The notes under the pieces: generated by a model | The model's database searches: none | What the model was told of the DNA's origin: nothing | What the model saw: the letters and a program-made list of their open reading frames with translations, nothing else | Shown: piece after piece, positions 32,101 through 40,611 of the stretch | Layout: every line of letters starts with the position of its first letter | Position numbering within the stretch: position 1 is the first letter of the stretch | Position numbers and translations under genes: made by a program | Source of the DNA: a virus | Length of the DNA: 43,506 nt | Virus record (IMG/VR): IMGVR_UViG_3300045988_179274 | Coordinates: 1 to 43,506 of that record | Direction: 5' to 3' (one strand)

Positions 32101-35100
32101 CCGAGGTCGGCGAAGAACTGCCGGCGCTCTCGGCCGAAGTGCGTCAGGTGCTCGACCGGATGGTCATGAGTGAAAAGGCCGTCAACGAGTACCAGGCCGC
32201 CGAGTCTTTGCATCCTCTCTTTGACACCAAGCCCGCGGACATGTCTGAGGCCGACTGGCTCGAGATGCAACGCGCCCGCGAAGAGGCCGACGAAGAGGGC
32301 ATGGCAGAGATCGTCCAGAGGCGTGCCAAAGACGACAAGTGGTACGACACTCAGCGAGGCAAGCTCCTTCGCGAGAAGAACAAGGAAGCCAAGGAGTACC
32401 GCGCCAAGGTGCGAGAGGGTGTAGAGCGCAGTCTCAACGGGCGCAAAGAGTTCATCGCGCTCGATATTCTGGCAAGTCGCGGCAAAGACTTTGCTTTGGA
32501 TAACTTCAAGTTCTCGGCCCAGAGCGTGCGTGAGCTTGGCTTTACGGAGCAGACCGTGGCCAAGCTACGCACAATGGGTGTGATTGAAGACAGTGGAATG
32601 ACTGTTGAGCAGGCCCGCGCAGCCCTTGAGCCCATGGCGCGGTTTTCCAGTGCGAAGGGGCTGATCAGGGGCCTTTTGTCGACCGAAAATCGGGAACAGA
32701 GGATTGAAGAGGAAACGACGCGACTGTGCCTGGCGCGGCGCTCGGACCTGTTCGACCCGCGTGAGATCGACCGCACGATCACGTCCGCCCTGCACAACGA
32801 GGCTCGGGCCCGCATGGTGGCCGCTGAGCTCAAGTACCTGACCAAAGACTTGACCAGCAACTCCAGAGTCTTGGCCGAGGCCGCACGCCGTGCCGCCCGC
32901 GACATCCTGGACCGCACGCCCGCCAAGGGTTTTACGCCCCGCGCGATGATGGCGCTCGAGTCGCGTGCTTCCCGAAAGGCTTACCAGGCCATCCGAAACG
33001 GCGACAAGGCCGCCGCCGGCGCATACAAGCGCCAGCAGTTGGTCTACCACGAGGCTGCCCGCCTGGCCGTCGAGACCGAGAAGAGCGCCAAGAAATTCAA
33101 GGAACTCAAGGCCTCGGTCTTTAAGAGCGACAAGGCTCTTTCTAAGACCTACGACGTCAATGTGATCGCCGTTGCCCGTGCGATTCTTGCAAACCGCGGA
33201 TACGGCAAGGTGCGTGCCGGCGAGATGGTGCCCGCGGAAACGTACCTGGATAAGGTCAAGAAGTACGACCCCGATCTTCTTGTGGGCCTTCAGGCTTACC
33301 TTGCCCGCCACCCCTACACGGGAGCCGACGTGCAGGCTGGTAGCGAGACCGCAGGACAGATGCTCTCCATGCTCGAAGACTTGCAGGCTCTGGTGAAGCT
33401 TGCCCGCGATCGGCGCACGGTTGAGCTTGACGGCAAGACGATGGACATCGATGACGCCGTCTCGGCTCTTGTCGCGAAGGCATGGGGCAAGGAATACAAG
33501 CCCTCGACAGGGCACGCTGTCACCAAGAAGGAAAAGCGCGTCAAGCGCTGGCTCACGGCCAAGGCATACCTGCGCCGCGTGGAGGATTGGTGCCGGACTA
33601 TGGACGGCGGCGAGGCCGGTCCATTTACCCGCTACATTTTCCGTCCCGTTGTAAATGCCGCGACCCGCTATCGCAACCGTAACGTTGAGATTCAAAAGCG
33701 CCTCGTGGATATTCTTGAGCTCCGCCGCCGGGCATGGGACAGCCTCACCGACATTGAGGCCCCCGAGATCGGCTACACGTTCTCGCGCAAGCAGGAACTC
33801 ATCGCAGCCATTCTGCACACGGGCAATGCCTCCAATAAGGAGAAGCTCCTGCTTGGCGGGCGTGGACCCGACGCCCCGTGGGCCGACATGATCGAATTGC
33901 CCGACGGCGAGCAGCGCATGGACACGTCCCGTTGGGACACGTTCATGGCGCGGTGCTTTGACGAGGGAATCATCACCAAGGAAGACATGGACGCTGTGCA
34001 GGCGATCTGGGACTTGCTCGAGCAGATCAAGCCCGACTCGCAGAGGGCCTTCCGCGAGTACTACGGCTTTTACTTCGAAGAGATCCCCGCCTCACCCGTG
34101 ATGACTCCCTGGGGGCAGTACCGCGGCGGCTACGTGCCTGCGGCGGCTGACATCGATCGTGTGGCGCAAAGCGATAAGCAAGCCGAGCAGGACCTCTTTG
34201 ACAACTCGAGCGAATTTCTCGACCAGATGCCGGTTACGCGCCCCGGCTTTACGCAGTCCCGCACCAAAGTGCACAGACCTCTTTCGCTTGACCTGAGCTT
34301 CTTGTCTTCACACGTGCAGAAGGCCACAAAGTTCGCGATGATGGCACCGACCATCAAGCAGGTGCAGCGCATCCTGCACACGAAGGAGCTCAAGAACAGG
34401 CTCAACGAGATCGACCCGCAGCTGCTCGGCGAAATGCTCGAGCCGTGGCTGCGGCGTTCTGCCACGCAGTCTGTGAGCACCCCCGCGAACTGGTTTGACA
34501 AAAAGCTCGATGCGCTGCGCGGCTTGGCGGGTATGGCTATTATGTCCGGCAACATCATCAATGCGCTACAGCAGTTTACGGGCTTGTCTGTGGCAATCAG
34601 TCAAGTGGGCGCCAAGCCTATGGTTAGGGCGCTTGCCGCTTACACGGCGCACCCCAAGGGCTACATTTCCACCGTCAAGGCCATGTCGCCTTACATGAAG
34701 GCGCGCCTTGAGAACTTTGAGTTTGAGTTCCAGGAGCGCATCCAAAAGATCGCCCAGGTCGAAAAGCCCACGACGCTCGAAGCAATGCGCGGCTGGACGA
34801 TGCGGCACGCTTACTTCCTTCAGATGTGGATCCAGATGGTGGTGGATACGCCCACGTGGATGGCCGGCTATGAAAAAGCTCTGGCCGCTGGCAAGACCGA
34901 CGCCGAAGCAGTACAGGAAGCCGATGCAGTTGTGCGCAGAACGCAATCGGCCTTTGAGGCCGAATCGCTGGCGCGCGTCGAGACGGGCTCGCCCCTGGCT
35001 CGCACTCTCTTGGTCTTCTATAACTACTTCAACATGCAGGCCAACTTGCTCGGGACGTCGTGGGCCCTGAACCGCGAGGCCGGCCACTACGGCAAGTTCA

Positions 35101-35642
35101 TGATCGATTTCGCGCTTATCCTGGCTATCCCGTCGATCCTCTCGCAAGTACTGATCGAGTCCTTCATGGGCTTTGACACTGGCGACGACGATGACTGGGA
35201 CGCGTACGACGCAGCCCGCCTGCTCATCAGTCCGGTGGTCAAAAACGTGGTGGCGCTCGTGCCTTTTGCCGGCCAAATCGTCAACGCGGCCGCTACGGAA
35301 CTCTCCAAGGCCATGGGCGACAAGGAAAACTTGTTCCAAGTCGTCTTCGCGCCGAACTCCTACAATAGCCGCCTTGTGAGCATCCCAGCCGAGTCGCTGA
35401 TACAGAACTCTCTCAAGGCCGTGGGGCAACTGTCGAAGGCCGCCACTGGCGAAGAGGTTAATGCTCGCAGCACGATGAGAAACACGCTCGACGCGCTGAC
35501 CCTTGTGACAGGCATTCCTTTTGCCGCAGCCAAGCGTCCCCTCAGCTATGCCGCCGGCGTTGCCGCAGGGCAGATCGAACCCGACTCGGCTGCCAACGCC
35601 GTGCGCGGGGCGATTGCGGGCAAAGAGGTCAAGTCCGAGTAG
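29154..35642 (+). CDS. Giant internal virion / ejection protein (gp16 position), polyvalent, with HExxH metallopeptidase motif
   Basis: 2162-aa uninterrupted ORF. HEMGH at 31782..31796. Hydrophobic Gly/Ala-rich segments lie near both ends. GTG 29154 or ATG 29157 could be the start. Confidence 0.75.
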   Translation: MMQETNEAVATDGVDQMLVPEQKAPEREFDPFKYQEQKLISPAADAMGGNEAKAVRSRQIAKDLGVSRTAVDLNYDNMQTLAEKADRQRALSRAPSVARWAVKNPYDAAVLKTDIGFFEGIENEIGEIGSSISRGFQVGDMVAEQGADWARLGNAKPSEGFLKADKARDQRMQDLTAGDDGFFFSASQVVGTMYRGMIEGLEGGAATAALGGAAMAAGAIPVAGQALLGATAIGSAAYGTYLIEGGLNLKEQYDEGVDYDKARTIATGVGFANALTEMVGLHLLGKAAAPALRPLVKRFSPKTVESLENITTIGALRDAAKMLAVGTGQEVVTEVIQEVNAIAGEELGKAWSGIGSDLTAEAFVDRLRDVAVQTAKAMVVLGGISAGPAIVANMNRVRVAKQNAEALGRILDNYSSSQAAKTSPEVAEEVLDSQAKEAGADTVWIDAQSLRQTMIELNVSVEELQTAFPEMARQVNEQAAVGGDVSVPLAKFASKLGSTNLGLALRQHVRFNQDGLSEYEAAQVETAYKQLRADAIKAALDPNAKEAALPTEQQARRKADRNAINAFKEKLKLDLQEHGFTPSQSKVQASFAAKVISGLIDRTGMTAEHVLGLAPRLIVSDLQESGPKLLQAVAEQGPQVRLDMLKRSRKLDEQIKKWRQGDSTEIFNLGAPSWVLQLFGTSKQENVKMFGLNMLHAILKPGEHLHRQKGKHGLTDDEIRGILAGIQRPIAVFRSTNKGAKPGEDSLVLLTELKQNGKNIVAPIWLTTQVNGSIVVDNRIPTAYAKANIGQWVEDGLLLGYEKEKGLNLLLESMGSNRRQLGTSNRGKPLIPGAIIYENDTSVGDLYQVDNDVRGSYSPESRAITLTPDADLSTFSHEMGHWYMATLIDLVRTGQANDSIREDVAALFKQFGVADVASWDALGFEGQRKYHEQFASWVEQYLAEAKAPKVLKRFFINLGKFIRDVYRNFTGGVVEATQERYRAEVGEELPALSAEVRQVLDRMVMSEKAVNEYQAAESLHPLFDTKPADMSEADWLEMQRAREEADEEGMAEIVQRRAKDDKWYDTQRGKLLREKNKEAKEYRAKVREGVERSLNGRKEFIALDILASRGKDFALDNFKFSAQSVRELGFTEQTVAKLRTMGVIEDSGMTVEQARAALEPMARFSSAKGLIRGLLSTENREQRIEEETTRLCLARRSDLFDPREIDRTITSALHNEARARMVAAELKYLTKDLTSNSRVLAEAARRAARDILDRTPAKGFTPRAMMALESRASRKAYQAIRNGDKAAAGAYKRQQLVYHEAARLAVETEKSAKKFKELKASVFKSDKALSKTYDVNVIAVARAILANRGYGKVRAGEMVPAETYLDKVKKYDPDLLVGLQAYLARHPYTGADVQAGSETAGQMLSMLEDLQALVKLARDRRTVELDGKTMDIDDAVSALVAKAWGKEYKPSTGHAVTKKEKRVKRWLTAKAYLRRVEDWCRTMDGGEAGPFTRYIFRPVVNAATRYRNRNVEIQKRLVDILELRRRAWDSLTDIEAPEIGYTFSRKQELIAAILHTGNASNKEKLLLGGRGPDAPWADMIELPDGEQRMDTSRWDTFMARCFDEGIITKEDMDAVQAIWDLLEQIKPDSQRAFREYYGFYFEEIPASPVMTPWGQYRGGYVPAAADIDRVAQSDKQAEQDLFDNSSEFLDQMPVTRPGFTQSRTKVHRPLSLDLSFLSSHVQKATKFAMMAPTIKQVQRILHTKELKNRLNEIDPQLLGEMLEPWLRRSATQSVSTPANWFDKKLDALRGLAGMAIMSGNIINALQQFTGLSVAISQVGAKPMVRALAAYTAHPKGYISTVKAMSPYMKARLENFEFEFQERIQKIAQVEKPTTLEAMRGWTMRHAYFLQMWIQMVVDTPTWMAGYEKALAAGKTDAEAVQEADAVVRRTQSAFEAESLARVETGSPLARTLLVFYNYFNMQANLLGTSWALNREAGHYGKFMIDFALILAIPSILSQVLIESFMGFDTGDDDDWDAYDAARLLISPVVKNVVALVPFAGQIVNAAATELSKAMGDKENLFQVVFAPNSYNSRLVSIPAESLIQNSLKAVGQLSKAATGEEVNARSTMRNTLDALTLVTGIPFAAAKRPLSYAAGVAAGQIEPDSAANAVRGAIAGKEVKSE

Positions 35643-35652
35643 TGTCCATAGA
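35640..35652 (+). promoter_or_regulatory. Stop-associated conserved motif TAGTGTCCATAGA (copy 4, overlaps the giant gene stop)
   Basis: Identical to 18222..18234. Confidence 0.6.
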
Positions 35653-35699
35653 GATGCGGGGGATCGGTCGAAAATCGAGGCACAGTATTGGAGTTGCCC

Positions 35700-36710
35700 A
35701 TGGCTATTTCGACCGAGACCCGCCGCTCAGATCGGTACGCATGCGACGGTACGCAGACCGCTTTCCCCTTTGCTTTTAAAGTCTTCGACGCCACCGAAGT
35801 GGGCGTCACGGTAGCGCTCGACGGCGAGACCGAATCGTCGCTTACGACGGATCAGTACACAGTCAGCCTAAACGCCGATCAGGACAACAGTCCCGGCGGA
35901 ACGGTCACGGTCAACACGGCCCCCGCATCGGGCACGGTGCTTGTGGTCGTGAGTCAAGTGGCGTACGAGCAGCCCATTGTGATCACAAACAATGGTGGCT
36001 TCTATCCTGCCCTATTAAACGAAGCCAACGACAGAAGCGTCATCCTTTCCCAGCAGCTCAAGGAAACTTTGGACCGTGCGCTCATCGTGCCTGTGACTCA
36101 GAACAAGACGCCCGCGCAGGTGATGAACAATCTGCTCGACGCCGCAAACACCGCTACCATCGTCGCAAAAGGCTACGCAGAAGCGGCGGCGGCAAGCGCG
36201 GCAGACGCCAAGCAAAGCCGCGACGACATCCTCGACCACAAGCAGGGGATCGTCGACGCCGTGACCGCCGAAGGCGACAAGCAAAATCAGCGGCTCGTCA
36301 CCGAAGGCGACACACAGATCGGACGCATAAAAGCGGAAACCGACAATACGCTGATCGCCAACGGCATGGGGTGCGCCGAAAGGTTTTGGACGCTCTCAGC
36401 GAATGTGCCCGCGGGCACCGACATCACCATCCCTTCGGGCGCCAAATACTTGGTGAATCGTCACCACCTTCGCGTCGCGTGGAACGGCCTTGTCCTTGCA
36501 ATCGGGCAGAACTTCACGGAAGTCGGGGCGCAGGACACGTTCTCCTCCGCGTTCCGCCTGACGTTTGACGCCAAGGCAGGCGACGAGATTGACGTTTGGA
36601 TTGGAGCCCTGGGCAAGGGCGATGTGGCTGAGGCACTGGCCTTGGCGGGCGAAGCGTCGGCGGCTGTGGCTGAGCTTTCTCGCAAGGTCGTTTACAAAGA
36701 AGAGGTTTAA
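35700..36710 (+). CDS. Tail fibre / tail spike adaptor protein
   Basis: ATG 35700 lies 6 nt after GGAG. N-terminus RYACDGTQTAFPFAFKVFDATEVGVTV...YTV is typical of podoviral tail-fibre N-termini. Confidence 0.65.
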   Translation: MAISTETRRSDRYACDGTQTAFPFAFKVFDATEVGVTVALDGETESSLTTDQYTVSLNADQDNSPGGTVTVNTAPASGTVLVVVSQVAYEQPIVITNNGGFYPALLNEANDRSVILSQQLKETLDRALIVPVTQNKTPAQVMNNLLDAANTATIVAKGYAEAAAASAADAKQSRDDILDHKQGIVDAVTAEGDKQNQRLVTEGDTQIGRIKAETDNTLIANGMGCAERFWTLSANVPAGTDITIPSGAKYLVNRHHLRVAWNGLVLAIGQNFTEVGAQDTFSSAFRLTFDAKAGDEIDVWIGALGKGDVAEALALAGEASAAVAELSRKVVYKEEV

Positions 36711-36712
36711 GA

Positions 36713-37684
36713 ATGCCTGAAAGTCTCGTAAAGACTCAACTCTATTCACACGAAGGCAACGCCAACACGCCGCTTGCGCCCAAAACGCTGGCTGACGCGG
36801 TGGCGATGAACGACGTTAACGGCAGCGCGTCCACGGTCGAAGCTGAAATCGTCGCGCTCCGACAGGCGGTTGAGGCCGCTGTCGGCAAGGGTCAGAATTT
36901 CCGTGGCGTGGTCAACTCCACGAGCGGCCTGCCGACTGTGAACTACAAGGCGGGGTGGCTTTACTCCGTGCAGGAAGCGGGCACCTACGCGGGCAATGTC
37001 TGCGAGGTCGGAGACCTCATCATCTGCATCAAAGACTATGCCTCGGGAAGCGCCGCAAACTCCGACTGGGCGGTGCTTCAGGCGAACTTGGACGGCGCTG
37101 TGACCGGTCCCGCCTCGAGCGTCGCGGCTCACGTCGTGGTGTTTGACGGGACGTCGGGCAAGCGGATTAAGGATTCGGGCTTCACGATTGCCGCAAGCGT
37201 ACCCGCCAATGCGAAGTTCACCGACACGACCTACAACGCCGCGACGGACGCCGCCGATGGTTTGCTGACTGCGGCGCTTCATAAGAAGCTGGTAGGCATC
37301 GAGACGGGCGCGGATAAGACGGACGCGGACAACGTGAAGGCCGCGGGCGCCTTCATGACGGCCTCGAACACCGCCGACGACATTGCCGACGGCACGACAA
37401 AAAAGCTGATGACGACCGCTGAGCGCACCAAGCTGAGCGGCATCGCCGCTGGTGCGGAAGTCAATCAAAACGCCTTTGCCAAAGTGAAGGTCGGCACGAC
37501 GACTCTTACCGCGTCCGCAAAGCAGGACACGCTTGAGATCGAAGCGGGTGAAGGCGTGACCATTACGGCGTCGGGCAAGAAAGTGACGATCAAAGAGACG
37601 TATGTCGATTCGTGCGTGGTGACGTCGCTCGACAACGTGCCCGCCAATTTGAGAAACGGTGGGCTGGTGATTCTCAAGAGTTGA
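36713..37684 (+). CDS. Tail fibre protein with repeated (T/K)KLxGIExGA motifs
   Basis: LHKKLVGIETGADKT and ERTKLSGIAAGAEVN repeats are typical of phage fibre shafts. Confidence 0.65.
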   Translation: MPESLVKTQLYSHEGNANTPLAPKTLADAVAMNDVNGSASTVEAEIVALRQAVEAAVGKGQNFRGVVNSTSGLPTVNYKAGWLYSVQEAGTYAGNVCEVGDLIICIKDYASGSAANSDWAVLQANLDGAVTGPASSVAAHVVVFDGTSGKRIKDSGFTIAASVPANAKFTDTTYNAATDAADGLLTAALHKKLVGIETGADKTDADNVKAAGAFMTASNTADDIADGTTKKLMTTAERTKLSGIAAGAEVNQNAFAKVKVGTTTLTASAKQDTLEIEAGEGVTITASGKKVTIKETYVDSCVVTSLDNVPANLRNGGLVILKS

Positions 37685-37688
37685 CGCT

Positions 37689-38021
37689 ATGGACTCGCTC
37701 TATGTGAAGACCGCCAGCGGCCTTCAGAAGGTTGAGATTGCGGGAAGCGGGGGAAGCAGAGTCAGCGTCGTTCGTGAACGACAGGTGCTTACGTCCGCAA
37801 TCCCTGCGGGTACGGCGTATGCAGTGCCCGAGCATGTGGTTGGTGGGTCTGATCTTGTCGTGGTCTTCAATGGTGTTCTGTGCGTTGAAGGTGCCTCAGA
37901 ACAGTACACCGACGTAAACACCACGAGTATTCAATTCAATTTCAATTTACCCATTGGGTCTGAAATTGACGTGATTCAATTCGACGGAGGCCTCTATGAG
38001 CTATCCAAAAATTTATCGTGA
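37689..38021 (+). CDS. Hypothetical tail-fibre-associated protein
   Basis: 110-aa ORF within the fibre cluster. Confidence 0.5.
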   Translation: MDSLYVKTASGLQKVEIAGSGGSRVSVVRERQVLTSAIPAGTAYAVPEHVVGGSDLVVVFNGVLCVEGASEQYTDVNTTSIQFNFNLPIGSEIDVIQFDGGLYELSKNLS

Positions 38022-38580
38022 CCTATTTCAAAACGACGGGGCGGGAAGCAAGCTCAGAGAAGATATTCTGCCGGACATGCCGGATACGGGTACGTACATC
38101 CCGAAGACGGGCAACGCGGGGGTGGTGTCTTCTTACGGTACCGTGGAGAAGCACACCTACAAATACGTATACGCGGGCGGCAATGGTGACGACGTAACTA
38201 TTAGTTTGAATATTAATAGTGGCAACGACATTCTTTATTACCAAACCACCGAAGGTGATATCGTCCCGGCGGCTCCAGCGCAACCAAACGTCGTTACTTT
38301 CAATATTACGGCAGGGACGTATGACGAAGCTTGTGTTAAGCGCTTGTGCGTTGACGGCACCGACAATGGGCTAAGTCAACTTGGCTCTGTCGTGTTCTCT
38401 GGGACGAATGTGGTGAACGTAAATACTTCCGAGCATACCGTCGGAACGTATGAGTTGCGATTCAGCCAAGGGAAGGTCTACGTCACGTACCTGAATCCTG
38501 GGTACTCCTACGGCACAACGGACTTAACCGCCGGCACCTCCCCCTTGGAAACAGGCAAGCTGTACTTCGTGTACGAGTGA
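37996..38580 (+). CDS. Hypothetical tail-fibre-associated protein
   Basis: 194-aa ORF in an AT-richer region. The C-terminus LETGKLYFVYE resembles a motif I recall in gut phage fibre proteins. Confidence 0.5.
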   Translation: MSYPKIYRDLFQNDGAGSKLREDILPDMPDTGTYIPKTGNAGVVSSYGTVEKHTYKYVYAGGNGDDVTISLNINSGNDILYYQTTEGDIVPAAPAQPNVVTFNITAGTYDEACVKRLCVDGTDNGLSQLGSVVFSGTNVVNVNTSEHTVGTYELRFSQGKVYVTYLNPGYSYGTTDLTAGTSPLETGKLYFVYE

Positions 38581-38588
38581 GGTGACGC

Positions 38589-39554
38589 ATGACCAAGGCT
38601 GCATACATTGGCGTCAACGGTAAAGCGCGAAAAGTTAAGAAGGGCTACGTAGGCGTCAACGGCAAAGCGCGAAAGATCAAGAAGGCCTATGTCGGTGTCG
38701 GCGGCGTTGCCAGACCGTGTTGGGGCGGCGGGGAGCTGAGCTATTACGGCACTATTACGCCGTTGTCTCAAGGTAGATATGCTCACGCGGCTACCACGGT
38801 TGGAGGCTATGCCCTGTTTGGGGGTGGATACAGAGAAAGAAGTGTAGACGCATATAACACATCCCTAACGAGAAGTACACCTACAGCGTTGTCTAATAGA
38901 CCGCGGAGCCTTGCGGCTCCAACTGTTGGGAACTATGCCCTTTTCGGGGGAGGGTATGACATCGATTTAAACAACTCATTTCTCAGCACTGTAGACGCCT
39001 ACGACTCGTCTCTGACGAGAAGTACGCCCTCGTCGTTGTCTATAGGTAGGAGTAACTTAGCGGCTACAACTGTTGGGGGCTATGCCCTTTTCGGGGGTGG
39101 GAATGACAACCGCGGCAATAGCATAAACGTAGACGCCTACGACTCGTCTCTGACGAGAAGTACGCCCACAGCGTTGTCTCAAGCTAGGGGTTACTTAGCG
39201 GCTACAACTGTTGGGGGCTATGCCCTTTTCGGGGGTGGGTCCGGCAACGCCATCGTAGACGCCTACGACTCGTCTCTGACGAGAAGTACGCCCACAGCGT
39301 TGTCTCAAGCTAGGGGTTACTTAGCGGCTACAACTGTTGGGAACTTTGCTCTGTTTGGAGGCGGAGCCCCTAGCAGCCTCGGCAGCAACGTTGTAGACGC
39401 CTACGACGATTCTCTGATGAGAAGCACACCCACGGCGTTGTCTCACGATAGCCTCAGCTTAGCGGCTACAACCGTTGGGAACTATGCCTTATTTGGCGGC
39501 GGAATCCTTGACGGCATTGTCAGCATCGATGTGGACGCCTATACGGTAGTTTAA
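38589..39554 (+). CDS. Kelch-type beta-propeller protein (six blades), probable receptor-binding protein
   Basis: Six repeats of ...VDAYDSSLTRSTPTALSQARGYLAATTVGGYALFGGG... The N-terminus has AYIGVNGKARKVKKGYVGVNGKARKIKKAYVGV repeats. Confidence 0.75.
   Translation: MTKAAYIGVNGKARKVKKGYVGVNGKARKIKKAYVGVGGVARPCWGGGELSYYGTITPLSQGRYAHAATTVGGYALFGGGYRERSVDAYNTSLTRSTPTALSNRPRSLAAPTVGNYALFGGGYDIDLNNSFLSTVDAYDSSLTRSTPSSLSIGRSNLAATTVGGYALFGGGNDNRGNSINVDAYDSSLTRSTPTALSQARGYLAATTVGGYALFGGGSGNAIVDAYDSSLTRSTPTALSQARGYLAATTVGNFALFGGGAPSSLGSNVVDAYDDSLMRSTPTALSHDSLSLAATTVGNYALFGGGILDGIVSIDVDAYTVV
38991..39341 (+). repeat. In-gene tandem DNA repeats (blade units); two 87-nt copies are identical
   Basis: 39129..39215 equals 39255..39341, with a period of 126 nt. 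A diverged copy starts at 38991. Confidence 0.85.
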
Positions 39555-39568
39555 TAGGAGAACGAAAA

Positions 39569-39907
39569 ATGAAAATCATTGAAAAATACACGGGTGAAAA
39601 AACCTACATGTTTCCGAACGGATCCTTGGCAACCAAGGAGGCCGTTCTTCAGTCATTCCCCGCCGCTTTGACGTTTACGCACATTGTCGAGACGGACGAG
39701 GAAGGACAGGTCATGTGGGCGTTTCAGAACTTGGCGGCCATGAAGACCATTCATGGTATCGCAAAAGAAACAGCCGAGGCAGACGCCATTGCAAAGATTC
39801 AGGAGATCATCAACACGCCTCCTGCCGAGCCTGAGCCTTCCGCCGAAGAGCGCACGGCCGCCGCAATGGAGCTTCAGGCTCTTAATTCCCTCACTGACGT
39901 GGAGTAA
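39569..39907 (+). CDS. Hypothetical protein
   Basis: 112-aa ORF with AGGAGAACGAAAAATG as SD context. Confidence 0.6.
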   Translation: MKIIEKYTGEKTYMFPNGSLATKEAVLQSFPAALTFTHIVETDEEGQVMWAFQNLAAMKTIHGIAKETAEADAIAKIQEIINTPPAEPEPSAEERTAAAMELQALNSLTDVE

Positions 39908-39913
39908 TACGCC

Positions 39914-40336
39914 ATGAATTTCGCAAACATCAAGCGTAACTACGACCGTGGCCTGTGGACCGCGGCAATGGTTAAGGTCGCCGTCAAGAAGGGCGTCATC
40001 ACCCACGACGAGTATGAAACGATCACTGGGAAGTCCTACGGCGATACGCCCGAAGAAGTGCAGGCCATGCTCACGGCGAAGGTGCAGAAGTACCTCGACA
40101 CGACGGCTCAGAAGCTTGGGTACGACTCGTGCCTGTCCGTGTGCTCCTACGTGGACACTGGGGTTGCCAAGTTCGACGAGGAGGGCGCGGCATTTCGCAA
40201 GTGGCGCTCGGCCGTCTGGCAGAAGGGCTACGAGATCGTTGCCGCGGTGCGGGCGGGAACCCGTGGTGTTCCCACGGAAGCAGAGCTTTTTGCCGAACTG
40301 CCGGCAATTGAGCTTGATCGAGAGGCGCTGAAGTAA
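39914..40336 (+). CDS. XkdX-like N-terminal domain protein with C-terminal extension
   Basis: IKRNYDRGLWTAAMVKVAVKKGVITHDEYETITG matches the XkdX family pattern. It carries an extra ~95 aa. Confidence 0.55.
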   Translation: MNFANIKRNYDRGLWTAAMVKVAVKKGVITHDEYETITGKSYGDTPEEVQAMLTAKVQKYLDTTAQKLGYDSCLSVCSYVDTGVAKFDEEGAAFRKWRSAVWQKGYEIVAAVRAGTRGVPTEAELFAELPAIELDREALK

Positions 40337-40578
40337 TGCGGCATCCTGACGGTTTTCAGTTTTTGGTCGCGCTGGATCAGCTCTTCAACACGCTGATCCC
40401 CAACGGCTACGCCGACGAGACGCTTTCGAGCAGAGCCTACCGCCACGCCTGTATCAAGCAAGACCGTAAGTGGCCGATGTGGCTGATCGACCACCTTTTC
40501 TTTTGGCAATCCGAGCATTGCAAGTCGGCTTACGAGAGCGAAGTTGAGCGCTCTCAGCTGCCGCCGAGCTTGCGGTAG
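40336..40578 (+). CDS. Hypothetical protein (last gene of the rightward late operon)
   Basis: 80-aa ORF. ATG overlaps the previous stop (TAATG). Confidence 0.55.
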   Translation: MRHPDGFQFLVALDQLFNTLIPNGYADETLSSRAYRHACIKQDRKWPMWLIDHLFFWQSEHCKSAYESEVERSQLPPSLR

Positions 40579-40611
40579 ATCACACAAAGGGCGCCTGAAT
40601 CCCGGCGCAAG

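Noticed and set aside
37687-37694. Reverse-orientation match (CTATGGAC) to the core of the stop-associated motif.
   Set aside because: It is only an 8-mer, which is expected about once by chance on two strands of 43.5 kb. It coincides with the ATG GAC start of gene 37689.
35700-39554. Diversity-generating retroelement. BPP-1-like head genes and repeated sequence in the tail-fibre region prompted a search for TR/VR and RT.
   Set aside because: No ORF carries reverse-transcriptase motifs (no YxDD block) anywhere in the window. The repeat copies differ at all base types rather than only at adenines.
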